The translations under genes were made by a program, and so were the position numbers. DNA of 64,000 nucleotides from Vicinamibacteria bacterium (GTDB lineage Bacteria; Acidobacteriota; Vicinamibacteria; Marinacidobacterales; Marinacidobacteraceae), in assembly GCA_964291235.2 (NCBI GenBank), contig OZ219815.1, positions 916,645-980,644 on the forward strand, read 5' to 3'. Shown here piece by piece: positions 23,757-32,956 of the stretch; position 1 is the first letter of the stretch, and every line of letters begins with the position of its first letter. The notes under the pieces are model-generated. The model ran no database searches, was not told the origin of the DNA, and saw only the letters and a list, made by a program, of their open reading frames with translations.

Positions 23757-25223
23757 TCAGGCCAGCTTGCTGAGGAGACGCTTCAGCATCCTGTCCAGCC
23801 CCAGATCCCGCTGCCGCTGCTGCGCGATGCGGTGGACGGCGTAGGTCACGGTCGAATGGTCGCGCCGGAACTCCCTGCCGATGTCCTGGAGGGTGCGTCC
23901 GGTCGTCTCGCGACAGAGGAACATCGCCACATGACGGGCCAGGACCAGCGCCTGCGAGCGCTGCGGCCCGCGGAGTCCGAGTGGCGCTACGCCGAAGTCC
24001 TTGGCCACCGCCAACTGCACCTCGTGAATCGAGGGACGACGCGTTCGTTGCGAGGGATTCTTCGTAAGGACCCGGTCGAGGAGGGGTTGCGAGATCTCGA
24101 TCCCCCTGGTGCGCGACTCGGACATGAGGTTCTTGAGGGGCCCCTCGAGTTCCGGAACGCTGTTCTGGTAGCGGGACGCGAGGGTTTCCGGAACGCCGTC
24201 CGGTAGCTCTACTCCAAGGTCGGTTGCCTTCCGGCGGACGATGGCGGTCCTCGTCTCCCAATCGGGCGGACCAAGGTCGGTCGTGAGTCCGCACTCCAGG
24301 CGACTCTTGATGCGGGGGTCCAGGTTGTGGATGTCCCGGGGATGAGTGTCGGCGGTCAGCACCACCTGCCGGCCTCGCTGGGGTAGAGCGGTGAGCGCGT
24401 GGAAGAGTTCTGCCGCACTTCGACTGAAGCGATCGAGCCCGGGAATGAACTGGATGTCGTCCAGCAACAACAAGTCGAGGCTGGCGCACTCCTCGCGAAA
24501 TCTGTCGAGATCGTTCTCCAGAGCCGCGGTCACCACATGGCGGCTGAACTCCACGCCCCTTGCATGGAAGACCCGTCGCTTCGGGTTCAGTTCCAGAAAA
24601 CGCCGGGCGATGGAGTGGAGGAGATGTGTCTTTCCCAATCCAGCGTTTCCGTAGATCAGGAGCGGGTTGTACGGGGAGTACTCGACCCCGGCGCCGCTCA
24701 CGTCGAGGGCCGCACCATGAGCGCATCGATTCGTGGTGCCGACAACGAAGGACTCGAAAGAGAAATCCGGTCGAAGCCGATCGCTCCGGGACGCCAGCTC
24801 GCGGTTTTGCAGACGGTGATTGGTGGGCGTTTCCGCGGCGCTTCCGGAAGATTTGCGGGCCCCGTCGGAGTCCTCGGATATGGAGCAGCGAACCGAGGTC
24901 AGGGGCGAGCCGGCGGCTCTGAGCGCGCCGAGAATGCGGTCCCGATATTCCCTTTCGAGGCGCTTGGCGAACATGGCATTGGGGACCTGGATGACGACTG
25001 CGTCATCTTCGGCGCCCCCGAATTCCGTGGGTGCGAACCAGGTGTCGTATTCGCGGAGGGAGACGCCGGTCCTGATGACGGACAACACTCTCGTCCACGG
25101 GTCACCGGCCGTTTCCGGTGTCTCGACGACAGTTGATACGCGTGGGAGTGGGGACAAGAAGAGGCGAAAGATTGCGGCTGGTGGGCGCAGCCGTAGCTGA
25201 GACGAAAACGGGAAAAGAACCAC
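23757..25223 (-). CDS. dnaA: Chromosomal replication initiator protein DnaA
   Basis: YNPLLIYGNAGLGKTHLLHSI (Walker A), LLLDDIQF (Walker B), and the C-terminal DNA-binding helix RDHSTVTYAVHRI. The start is uncertain. The ATG at 25223 adds ~40 atypical residues, and an in-frame TTG at 25157 is an alternative. Confidence 0.95.
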   Translation of the reverse strand: MVLFPFSSQLRLRPPAAIFRLFLSPLPRVSTVVETPETAGDPWTRVLSVIRTGVSLREYDTWFAPTEFGGAEDDAVVIQVPNAMFAKRLEREYRDRILGALRAAGSPLTSVRCSISEDSDGARKSSGSAAETPTNHRLQNRELASRSDRLRPDFSFESFVVGTTNRCAHGAALDVSGAGVEYSPYNPLLIYGNAGLGKTHLLHSIARRFLELNPKRRVFHARGVEFSRHVVTAALENDLDRFREECASLDLLLLDDIQFIPGLDRFSRSAAELFHALTALPQRGRQVVLTADTHPRDIHNLDPRIKSRLECGLTTDLGPPDWETRTAIVRRKATDLGVELPDGVPETLASRYQNSVPELEGPLKNLMSESRTRGIEISQPLLDRVLTKNPSQRTRRPSIHEVQLAVAKDFGVAPLGLRGPQRSQALVLARHVAMFLCRETTGRTLQDIGREFRRDHSTVTYAVHRIAQQRQRDLGLDRMLKRLLSKLA

Positions 25224-25498
25224 CCACCCGGCACGCGACTGCGCGGTTCTCGACGACGGCGACGGAATGTAGCAACGCCCCTTCGGGGTGCGTCAACCGG
25301 TTTTGGACAATCCCAAGAACTCTCCGTGAAAAAACCCACACAGGAGAGCCCGGGCCAACGCTTTTGCGGCGTTCTCAGCCCACGGCCGGTCCCGGTACAG
25401 CCATTTCGGACGTTTGGCGCCAGAACAGCCCCTACCGGGAAAGGAACGCGTACAGCGCCATGGCAGGGCGACAGCGATGCGACGGAAACGGGGCACAC

Positions 25499-25528
25499 TT
25501 TACGGGAAACACGTCTTGGCGGTATACT
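25499..25528 (+). promoter_or_regulatory. Candidate sigma70-type promoter for rpmH-rnpA
   Basis: TTTACG (25499..25504), an 18-nt spacer, then TATACT (25523..25528), about 85 nt upstream of the rpmH GTG. Sequence match only. Confidence 0.4.
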
Positions 25529-25614
25529 GTCTGGCTCGGTCTAGCGGCGCGGCAAGAGCATCGCCGCCTACCGAGTTTTTCTTTTAGATTCAAGGACTTG
25601 GAGAGGACAATCCC

Positions 25615-25749
25615 GTGAAACGGACGTTTCAGCCCAATAAGCGGCGGAGGAAGCGGAAGCACGGTTTCCGGGCACGGATGAGCACTCCAGGCGGCCGCGC
25701 GGTTCTCGCCCGCCGGCGTCGCCGGGGCCGCCGAAGGCTGTCGGCCTGA
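25615..25749 (+). CDS. rpmH: 50S ribosomal protein L34
   Basis: Below the ORF-track size cut-off. GTG start preceded by GGAGAGG. Translation: (M)[43 protein letters not shown]. Confidence 0.9.
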   Translation: MKRTFQPNKRRRKRKHGFRARMSTPGGRAVLARRRRRGRRRLSA

Positions 25750-25829
25750 CGGCCGTCCGCCGCCCGGAACGCCGTGGAGGTGTGTCCTGTCTAGCGCAAG
25801 GGAACCATTGCGCTACCGGGGGCTCGATC

Positions 25830-26273
25830 ATGGCTGAGGACGGCGCGGCGGGTCGCCGCGCACCGCTCTCTACAGGCGGATGCGACGAAACGCTTCGTCG
25901 AGACCAGCGGATCGGGCGGTCCGCGGAGTTCCAAACGGTCCTGGCCCGGGGTTCGCGCGGTGTTTCCCGATACGTGGTGGCCCTCTGTCTGGCGGAAGCC
26001 GCGGGTGCCCGGCCGTCGCGTCTCGGGGTGGTTGCCAGCCGCAAGGTAGGAGGCGCCGTCCAGCGAACGCGGGCCAAGCGTTTGCTGCGGGAGGTGTACC
26101 GGCGGACGCCGGGACGTCCTCCCGGGGATCTCGTTCTGATTGCCCGTCGGGGGATCCAGGAAGCACCCTGGCCCGACCTCGTGCGGGCTTACCGGAAAGC
26201 CACCGGGATGGCGGCGGGCCAGAAGCGGCCGCGTCGCGCGACATCCGGGAGCGGGAAGCGGTCCAGGCGTTGA
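25830..26273 (+). CDS. rnpA: Ribonuclease P protein component
   Basis: [28 protein letters not shown] is the RnpA RNR-like motif. Position directly after rpmH supports the call. The start is set at the internal MAEDG. Confidence 0.85.
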   Translation: MAEDGAAGRRAPLSTGGCDETLRRDQRIGRSAEFQTVLARGSRGVSRYVVALCLAEAAGARPSRLGVVASRKVGGAVQRTRAKRLLREVYRRTPGRPPGDLVLIARRGIQEAPWPDLVRAYRKATGMAAGQKRPRRATSGSGKRSRR

Positions 26274-26289
26274 AGCCGTCCGGCCTGCG

Positions 26290-26601
26290 ATGAACAGTTC
26301 GCCTCCCCGAAGCGCCGCAGCGAGCGAGCCGAACCGGTGGCGCGCCCTCGCCGGTAGTGTCCCCGCCGGGTTGTTCCTCGGCCTCATCCGGCTGTACCGG
26401 GTCGCGTTCAGCCCGCTGTTTGCGGGCGCGTGCCGGTTTCAGCCATCGTGCTCGCATTACGCGGAAGAAGCCATCCGGACTCATGGGGCCGGACGCGGGG
26501 TCTTGCTGACTACCCGGCGTCTGCTGCGCTGCCACCCGTTTGGCGGATCCGGATACGACGCGGTTCCCGCACCGGTGGTGCGGCGCAAATGGAGTAACTG
26601 A
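26290..26601 (+). CDS. yidD: Membrane protein insertion efficiency factor YidD
   Basis: [59 protein letters not shown] is the YidD signature. The ATG is at 26290. Confidence 0.85.
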   Translation: MNSSPPRSAAASEPNRWRALAGSVPAGLFLGLIRLYRVAFSPLFAGACRFQPSCSHYAEEAIRTHGAGRGVLLTTRRLLRCHPFGGSGYDAVPAPVVRRKWSN

Positions 26602-26605
26602 AGTC

Positions 26606-28360
26606 ATGGAGCGGCGCGTTCTTCTCGCGTTCTTGCTGTCGTTCTTCGTCTTCTTGCTGTTCGTCCGGTTCTTCGGGCCGGAGAGTCCACCGCCGGGCAC
26701 CGCGCCGCAGGAACAGCCACCCGCGACCACTACCGCCTCCTTGGCGACCCCCGACCCGGAGCCTGTTTCGACCGAGGCGGCGTCGGAGGCGGTTGCCACC
26801 GAAACCCGGGAAGCGGAGCGCGAGCAGGCAATTACGGTGGCGACCCGCCGTTATCGAGCGGAGTTTTCCAACCGGGGCGCCCGGCTCCTGAGCCTCCGGC
26901 TCGCTGAGCACACGGATTCGTTCGGCGCACCCCTCGAGGCGCTGCCGCAGGGCGACGACCTGGTGAACTCGGTCCGGCCCCTCGACGTCGTTCTCCCGGG
27001 GGATCCGTCGCCGGCGCGTCTGACCGCGGCGCTTTACGAGGTAGCCGTGGACGGGCAGGTCCGCACCGGACCGGTTCGTCTCGACCTGAACCCGGGGGAG
27101 GCCCGCGAGATCGAGTTCCGCTGGGCGTCCGCCGACGGGCTCGAAGTCACGAAGACCGTACGGGTTCGGGGTGACGACTACCGCATGGAGGTGACCGTCT
27201 CGGCGCGCCGCGGCGGTGCGGAGCAGCTGAAGGAGGTTCTGTTCGGTCCCGGGATCGAGAACGAGACCTCGGCCGGGAGATACCTCGGCGCCGAGCAGGG
27301 CGTGATCGAGACCGCAGGGGAAAGCCGGCTCTTTTCCTTCGCCGAGGCGGCCGACGGGGAGGCCGCGAGCCTGTCGGCCCAGGCGGTTGGCGTTTCGTCG
27401 CACTACTTCGCCGGGCTCCTGGTGGCTGCGCCCGGACAGCGCTACGAGGGAAGGCTCGAGGCGCTGACGATCCCCTGGGAGAGCTTCGAGGTTCCTCCTG
27501 AGGACGCAAGCGGCTCCCGCAACGTACTGGTAGCCCACCTCCGATCAGCGAACATCAGCGAATTCACGCTCTTCACCGGCCCCAAGCAGGTGGAACTACT
27601 GACCGACCTCGGGGTGGACATCGTCGAATTCGGCGCCTGGCTGCGTTTTCTGGTCGTCCCGATTCGGCAGGGTCTGCTCTGGGCGTATGGCCTGCTCGGG
27701 AACTACGGATGGGCGATCGTGCTGGTAACCGCGCTGATCAGCCTGCTGCTGGCTCCCCTGAAGCACTACAGCTACGTCTCCATCCGGCGGATGCAGAAGA
27801 TCAGCCCGCAGGTGAAGCGGATTCAGGACAAGTACCGAGGCCTGAAACCGACGGACCCAAAACGAAGCGAGATGAACCAGGAGATGGTTGCGCTTTATCG
27901 GGAGCACAACGTCTCGCCCATCGGCGGCTGCCTGCCCATGCTGCTGATGATTCCGTTCTTCTTCGCCTTCTACCGGTTGCTGGTGGTGTCCATCGAGCTC
28001 CGGCACGCTCCCTTTGTCTTCTGGGTGCAGGACCTGTCCCGTGAGGACCCCTACTTCATCCTGCCGATCCTGATGGGGGTCAGCCAACTGATCATGCAGC
28101 GCATGACCGCCACCCAGGCCGAGGGCATGCAGGCGAAGATCATGATGTTCATGCCCGTGGTGTTCACCCTGATCCTCGCCTGGGCGCCCTCCGGGCTGGT
28201 GCTCTACTGGTTTGCGAACAACCTGATCTCCATGGGACAACAGGCAGTGACCACCCGCATCATGGACCGCCGGGAGGCCGAAGCGAAGGCCGGCGAAGTC
28301 GTCGCTCAGGGAAAGCGAAAGAAGGGCGGTTCAGGCCGGAAGCTGACGGCCGGCAGGTGA
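26606..28360 (+). CDS. yidC: Membrane protein insertase YidC
   Basis: N-terminal TM segment, a large periplasmic domain, and the C-terminal 60-kDa insertase core (GNYGWAIVLVTALISLLLAPL...MQKISPQVKRIQDKY...GGCLPMLLMIPFFFAFY). Confidence 0.9.
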   Translation: MERRVLLAFLLSFFVFLLFVRFFGPESPPPGTAPQEQPPATTTASLATPDPEPVSTEAASEAVATETREAEREQAITVATRRYRAEFSNRGARLLSLRLAEHTDSFGAPLEALPQGDDLVNSVRPLDVVLPGDPSPARLTAALYEVAVDGQVRTGPVRLDLNPGEAREIEFRWASADGLEVTKTVRVRGDDYRMEVTVSARRGGAEQLKEVLFGPGIENETSAGRYLGAEQGVIETAGESRLFSFAEAADGEAASLSAQAVGVSSHYFAGLLVAAPGQRYEGRLEALTIPWESFEVPPEDASGSRNVLVAHLRSANISEFTLFTGPKQVELLTDLGVDIVEFGAWLRFLVVPIRQGLLWAYGLLGNYGWAIVLVTALISLLLAPLKHYSYVSIRRMQKISPQVKRIQDKYRGLKPTDPKRSEMNQEMVALYREHNVSPIGGCLPMLLMIPFFFAFYRLLVVSIELRHAPFVFWVQDLSREDPYFILPILMGVSQLIMQRMTATQAEGMQAKIMMFMPVVFTLILAWAPSGLVLYWFANNLISMGQQAVTTRIMDRREAEAKAGEVVAQGKRKKGGSGRKLTAGR

Positions 28361-29025
28361 GCGGCGGAACGGCCCCCGCGCCCGCGAACGCCCTTCACGA
28401 GGCGCTTGCCAGCATCGAGCCGCCGGTTTCGGCGGCAGTTCATGAGCGGTTGGCGCGGCTGTTCGGAATGCTGCAATCGTGGAAGAGCGCGGGGAGGGGC
28501 GCGGGAATCTCTGGATTCCGCTCACCCGATGAACTGGCGCGTCACTACTTTCGTGAGGCGCTACTCCTCGGGGATTTCCTTCCGGACCGAGGCCCTTTCC
28601 TCGACGTCGGGAGTGGAGGCGGAACCCCTGCGTTGCCGTTGGCAGTGGCGGGCGGCGGGGACTGGGTTCTTCTCGAACCGCGGCGCGCTCCGGCGGCTTT
28701 TCTGGACCTGGCCATCGAGGATCTCGGGTTGAATTCCCGGGTTCGCGTCGTTCGACAAAGACTCAAGGACTTCTTGAAGTCTGAGGCGGGGCGAACCGAA
28801 ATGCATAACTTCTCGGCGGTTACGATGCGCGCGGTAAAGCTGCAGGCGGCCGAGTGGGACATGCTCGCGGCAGGAATGTCCCCCGATGCCTCCGTGATCT
28901 GGCCAACCACCCGCGCGGCCAGGCAGCGGGCGGAACTTGCTGCCGGTCTCTTTGACGAGACGTTCCGGGAGGCGGAACGAGGCGTCGTCTGGGTCGGACG
29001 CCTTCCCCGAAAGGACTCGCTCTGA
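28357..29025 (+). CDS. rsmG: 16S rRNA (guanine527-N7)-methyltransferase
   Basis: SAM motif FLDVGSGGGTPALPLAV. It holds the conserved position between yidC and parA. The GTG start overlaps the yidC TGA (GTGA). Confidence 0.85.
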   Translation: MSGGTAPAPANALHEALASIEPPVSAAVHERLARLFGMLQSWKSAGRGAGISGFRSPDELARHYFREALLLGDFLPDRGPFLDVGSGGGTPALPLAVAGGGDWVLLEPRRAPAAFLDLAIEDLGLNSRVRVVRQRLKDFLKSEAGRTEMHNFSAVTMRAVKLQAAEWDMLAAGMSPDASVIWPTTRAARQRAELAAGLFDETFREAERGVVWVGRLPRKDSL

Positions 29026-29033
29026 CCGATCGG

Positions 29034-29049
29034 TGTTTCACGTGAAACA
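29034..29049. promoter_or_regulatory. parS centromere-like site
   Basis: Perfect 16-bp palindrome TGTTTCACGTGAAACA, identical to the canonical parS consensus, 46 bp upstream of parA. Confidence 0.9.
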
Positions 29050-29094
29050 CACCTCATCGCGGCCGGCCGAAGTGTTACCCTCGCTGCCCTCCGC

Positions 29095-29871
29095 ATGAGG
29101 ATTTTGGCGGTCGTCAACCAGAAGGGTGGGGTTGGAAAGACCACCACGACGGTGAATCTGGGCGCCGCCCTTGCGGCCAGTGGGCGCCGGTGCCTGGTCG
29201 TGGATCTGGATCCTCAAGCCAATCTCACCACCAGCTTGGGTCTTCAGATCACCGAGGACGGGTACAGCGTCTATGACGTGCTTGTGGACCGGGAACCGCT
29301 GACCCGAGCCGTGCTCGAAACCGGCGTAGCAAACCTGATCGCGTGTCCCGCCGATCCTTCACTGGCCGGCGCCGACCTGCAGATCGCGGCGGACGATCCG
29401 GACCCGCGACGACGCGCCCTGCGTCTCCGCCAGAGCCTTGCGGATTTCCGCCGGGCCGACCCCGCCACGGAATTCGCCTTGCTGGACTGTCCACCGTCCC
29501 TGGGACTGCTGACCGTCAACGCTCTCGTAGCCGCCCGGGCGATTCTGGTCCCGATGCAGTGCGAGTTCTTTGCGATGCAGGGCCTGTCCCGCTTGCTGGA
29601 CACGGTGACTCGAATCGGACAAAGTTGGAACCCGGAACTTGAGTTGCTCGGCGTGCTCTTCACCATGGTGGACCGGCGCACGAAGCTCGCCCGCGAAGTC
29701 ATCGACGAAGTACGGGACAAGCTCGGCGACCGGGTTTTCCGGGCGACCGTGCCCCGGTCGGTTCGCGTCGCGGAAGCTCCCTCCTATGGTGTTCCGTTGC
29801 AGGTGTACGAGCCGCGGTCCAGGGCGGCCGTCGCGTACGCAGAATTGGCGGAGGAGGTCTTGGCGCGGTGA
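29095..29871 (+). CDS. parA: Chromosome partitioning ATPase ParA (Soj)
   Basis: Deviant Walker A motif VVNQKGGVGKTTTTVNL. 258 aa. Confidence 0.9.
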   Translation: MRILAVVNQKGGVGKTTTTVNLGAALAASGRRCLVVDLDPQANLTTSLGLQITEDGYSVYDVLVDREPLTRAVLETGVANLIACPADPSLAGADLQIAADDPDPRRRALRLRQSLADFRRADPATEFALLDCPPSLGLLTVNALVAARAILVPMQCEFFAMQGLSRLLDTVTRIGQSWNPELELLGVLFTMVDRRTKLAREVIDEVRDKLGDRVFRATVPRSVRVAEAPSYGVPLQVYEPRSRAAVAYAELAEEVLAR

Positions 29872-30728
29872 AACGGCGTGGTTTGGGCCGGGGCCTCGAG
29901 GCGCTGCTCCCCTCAGCGCCTCCCAGCGAAGGATTCCACTCGGTACCGACTGGCAGACTGGTGCCGAACCCCGCGCAGCCGCGCTCGCAGATTGCGGCCG
30001 AGGATCTTGAGGGACTTTCTGCTTCCATTGCCGCGCGGGGAGTGATCGAACCGATCGTGGTCCGGCCCCAGGCGGGGGATTTCCAGATCATCGCCGGGGA
30101 ACGCCGTTGGCGCGCCGCCCGTCTGGCTGGACTTGAGCGGGTTCCCGTCGTTGTCCGGGACGCCTCGGATGCGGAAGTGGGGCTGCTGGCGCTGGTCGAG
30201 AATCTCCAGCGCGAGGATCTCAATCCGATCGAGGAGGCGATGGCGTTCCGCCGGCTGGCCGATGCCGGCGGTTTGACCCACGACGCCATTGCTTCCGAGG
30301 TCGGACGAAGCCGGACGGCGGTCACCAACACGCTTCGCCTGCTGGAGCTGACGCCCCAGGTGCGAAGGCTGCTGGAAACGGGGCAATTGCGAGCCGCGGC
30401 CGCCCGGGCGCTGATTCCGCTCGACGCTGCGGCACAGGCTCAACTCGCGGCGGAGATCGTGCGGGACGATCTTTCCGTCCGGGAAGTCGAACGGCGCGTC
30501 AAGCTCGCTCGGGAGGAGAGTCGAGGCGCCGAGGGCAAGCGGTCCCCACGATCCGGCCTGGACCCGAATACGCAGGACGCCCAGGAACGAATGCAGCGGG
30601 CCATCGGGTTTCCGACTCAGATCCGTCGCCGTGGCAAGGGCGGCGCGGTCCAGATACAATTTTTCTCGGAGGATGACCTCCACCGCATTTTTGTTTTGTT
30701 GACCGGTGAACGGGAAGGAAGAGAGTAA
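29868..30728 (+). CDS. parB: Chromosome partitioning protein ParB (Spo0J)
   Basis: MKRRGLGRGLEALL N-terminus, the GERRWRAA box, and an HTH region. GTGA overlap with parA. Confidence 0.9.
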   Translation: MKRRGLGRGLEALLPSAPPSEGFHSVPTGRLVPNPAQPRSQIAAEDLEGLSASIAARGVIEPIVVRPQAGDFQIIAGERRWRAARLAGLERVPVVVRDASDAEVGLLALVENLQREDLNPIEEAMAFRRLADAGGLTHDAIASEVGRSRTAVTNTLRLLELTPQVRRLLETGQLRAAAARALIPLDAAAQAQLAAEIVRDDLSVREVERRVKLAREESRGAEGKRSPRSGLDPNTQDAQERMQRAIGFPTQIRRRGKGGAVQIQFFSEDDLHRIFVLLTGEREGRE

Positions 30729-30732
30729 GACC

Positions 30733-31158
30733 ATGGCACGAGATGCATCGCGGGATGCCCATAGTGGATACGTCGGGTCCGGATCGCGCCTCTCGGGGCG
30801 GCTGAACGCCCCGGGCCCGTTCAACGTCAACGGGGAATTCGTTGGGGAAATCCACTCCGAGGACGAGGTTTCGGTGGGCAACGCCGGGAAATTCGACGGC
30901 AGGATCTTCGCCCAGCGGGTGATCGTGGAAGGCGGCGGGCGGGTCAGCGGCGAGATCGCGGCGCAGGACGTCATCGTCCATTCGGGAGGGTCCATCGCCG
31001 GAGTTGCGGTCCAGGCCGCCAACCTGACCCTCGAAGCCAAGAGCGATGCCGATGGTGCCCACTTCCAGGTCCACCGGAACTACCGGCGCGCTGCGCAAGC
31101 GGCGGGCGGCCCGTCCGAATCCCACGCGGCCGGCGAACCCGACAGCGCCAACGTTTAG
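30733..31158 (+). CDS. Bactofilin (polymer-forming cytoskeletal protein)
   Basis: Repetitive beta-helical pattern: FNVNGEFVGEIHSEDEVSVGNAGKFDGRIFAQRVIVEGGGRVSGEIAAQDVIVHSGGSIAG. The ATG at 30733 follows the parB stop. Confidence 0.8.
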   Translation: MARDASRDAHSGYVGSGSRLSGRLNAPGPFNVNGEFVGEIHSEDEVSVGNAGKFDGRIFAQRVIVEGGGRVSGEIAAQDVIVHSGGSIAGVAVQAANLTLEAKSDADGAHFQVHRNYRRAAQAAGGPSESHAAGEPDSANV

Positions 31159-31318
31159 ATCGTTCCGGTTTCCTTGGCAAGCCCGGCGTCGGGTGATAGC
31201 CTTCCGGCCGTCCGTGGCGTAGCCCCGCACATCCTGCCGCCCTCGGTTTCCCGACTGGTTTTTTCCCGCTTCTGGTGGGGCGGCTCGCTTCCTTTGCCCC
31301 CCTCAGGCTGTAGGTTTC

Positions 31319-31747
31319 GTGACGATCATTCCTGATTTGACCGCCTTGATCGTATCCGCGATCGTGGTGTGTCTGACGCTGGTTCTGAAGCGTCAGTTTT
31401 TCGAACCGCTGGCGCGTGCAATGGAGGCGAGAGAACAGGAGGTTGGCGGAGCCCGCCAGGTCCGGGAGCAAGCCGAAGCCGACATCGGCGCCGCCGACAC
31501 CCGGGTCGCGAACGCCGTTGCGGCGGTCCGCGAGGATGGGTATCGCGAGATGGATCGGATACGCCGCGAGGCCGGGGAGCGCGCCGAGGCAACACTGCTG
31601 GCCGCTCGGGAAGAAGCGGCGGCAACGGTGGAAGCAGGAACGGAGGCCCTCCGCGAGCAGGCGGCGCGCGCGGCTTCCGAGCTCGAAGCAACCGCGAACA
31701 GCCTGGCCAACGACCTCACCGCGAGGATCCTTCGCCGCGCCTCATGA
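31319..31747 (+). CDS. F-type ATP synthase subunit b' (second b-type stalk subunit)
   Basis: Single N-terminal TM segment (LTALIVSAIVVCLTLVL) followed by a long Ala/Glu/Arg coiled coil. First gene of the atp cluster, with a GTG start. Confidence 0.7.
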   Translation: MTIIPDLTALIVSAIVVCLTLVLKRQFFEPLARAMEAREQEVGGARQVREQAEADIGAADTRVANAVAAVREDGYREMDRIRREAGERAEATLLAAREEAAATVEAGTEALREQAARAASELEATANSLANDLTARILRRAS

Positions 31748-32352
31748 AGCGGGTTCGCCGAAACCGTCTTCCCGGGCGGAGAGCCATCTGGTCCGGCCTG
31801 CCGCGGCGGTTGGCGGTCGCCGGCTGCGCCGCTGTGCTTCTGATCGCCGCGGCGTCACCGGCGTTCGCTGCCGAAGAGGGAGCGGCCTCGAATCTGCCGA
31901 AGATCGTCAACTTCACGATCCTCGCCGTCATTCTGGTGCTCGCACTTCGCAAGCCCCTCGCCGGGTACCTCGAGGCGCGTGCGCTCCAGATCCGGGAACA
32001 GCTCGCCGAGGCGCGGGCCAATCGCGAGGCGGCGGCGCGGCTGGCGGAAAGGGCGTCTCACCGGTCGGCGGCGCTCGACGATGAGGTCGAAGCGGCCCGA
32101 GCACGCATTGCCGAGGCCGCCAGCGCCGAAGGTCGGCGGATCGTGGCGGCCGCCGAAGAGCAGGCGAAGAAGATCCATGCCACGGCTCAGGCCGAATTGA
32201 AGAAGGAAGTTCGGGTCGCGGAGCGCCGGCTGGCCGCCGGCGCCGCCCAGGCGGCGGTACAGATCGCCCGGGCGCAACTGCGCGACACCATGTCCGAGGA
32301 AGACCACCAGCGTCTGCTGGATTCCGGAATGGCGGCGATTCGTCGCGATTGA
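31744..32352 (+). CDS. atpF: F-type ATP synthase subunit b
   Basis: The ATG at 31744 overlaps the upstream stop (ATGA). TM segment IVNFTILAVILVLAL followed by a coiled coil. Confidence 0.75.
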   Translation: MKRVRRNRLPGRRAIWSGLPRRLAVAGCAAVLLIAAASPAFAAEEGAASNLPKIVNFTILAVILVLALRKPLAGYLEARALQIREQLAEARANREAAARLAERASHRSAALDDEVEAARARIAEAASAEGRRIVAAAEEQAKKIHATAQAELKKEVRVAERRLAAGAAQAAVQIARAQLRDTMSEEDHQRLLDSGMAAIRRD

Positions 32353-32364
32353 GCAGGGATTGAA

Positions 32365-32913
32365 GTGCCGAGCGACGTAGCCCGCCACTACGCGCAGGTC
32401 CTTTTGGACATCGCGGTCACCGGCGGTGACGACGAAGCCAGCCTCTCGCGGCTGGCGGCCGGCATCGACGAGTTCGCCGCGGCGCTTGAGCGCTCACCGG
32501 AACTCGGCAAGGCGTTGACCTCGCCGGCGATCCCACGGGAGCGGCGGGCCGGGCTGGCCGGGACCGTGGCCAACCGGATCCTTCCGGACTCACGGCTGGC
32601 ACAGTTCGTTTCGGTCATGGTGGCGCGGGAACGGTCGGATCACCTCGCGGAAACGGCGGCGGCGTTCCGGGCGGCGCTCGACAAGCATCGCGGGGTCGTG
32701 GAGGCGGAAGTGGTTTCGGCCCGTCCGCTCGACGAACGTGGCCGCGCGAGCCTTCGAGCGGCACTGGAAGCCGCGTTCTCCGGCACCCCCAGGCTTCGCT
32801 TCCGTGAGGATCCGGAGTTGCTGGGTGGGTTCGTCATGCGCATCGGGAACCGGATCTATGACGCCAGCGTGAGTCGCCAACTTGCCCGCTTTGAAGAGAA
32901 ATACGGCTCCTAA
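32365..32913 (+). CDS. atpH: F-type ATP synthase subunit delta (OSCP)
   Basis: 182 aa, VARHYAQVLLDIA N-terminus and a GGFVMRIGNRIYDASV C-terminus. It sits in the expected position before atpA. Confidence 0.85.
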   Translation: MPSDVARHYAQVLLDIAVTGGDDEASLSRLAAGIDEFAAALERSPELGKALTSPAIPRERRAGLAGTVANRILPDSRLAQFVSVMVARERSDHLAETAAAFRAALDKHRGVVEAEVVSARPLDERGRASLRAALEAAFSGTPRLRFREDPELLGGFVMRIGNRIYDASVSRQLARFEEKYGS

Positions 32914-32956
32914 TCAACTATAAATCGCCTACAGTCAAAGAGTTACAGGATCAGCA

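Noticed and set aside
25224-25614. Second DnaA-box cluster upstream of dnaA (bipartite origin)
   Set aside because: I found only weak matches (for example AAACCCACA, 6 of 9) and no AT-rich tract comparable to 23340..23440. The region is better explained as divergent dnaA/rpmH promoters.
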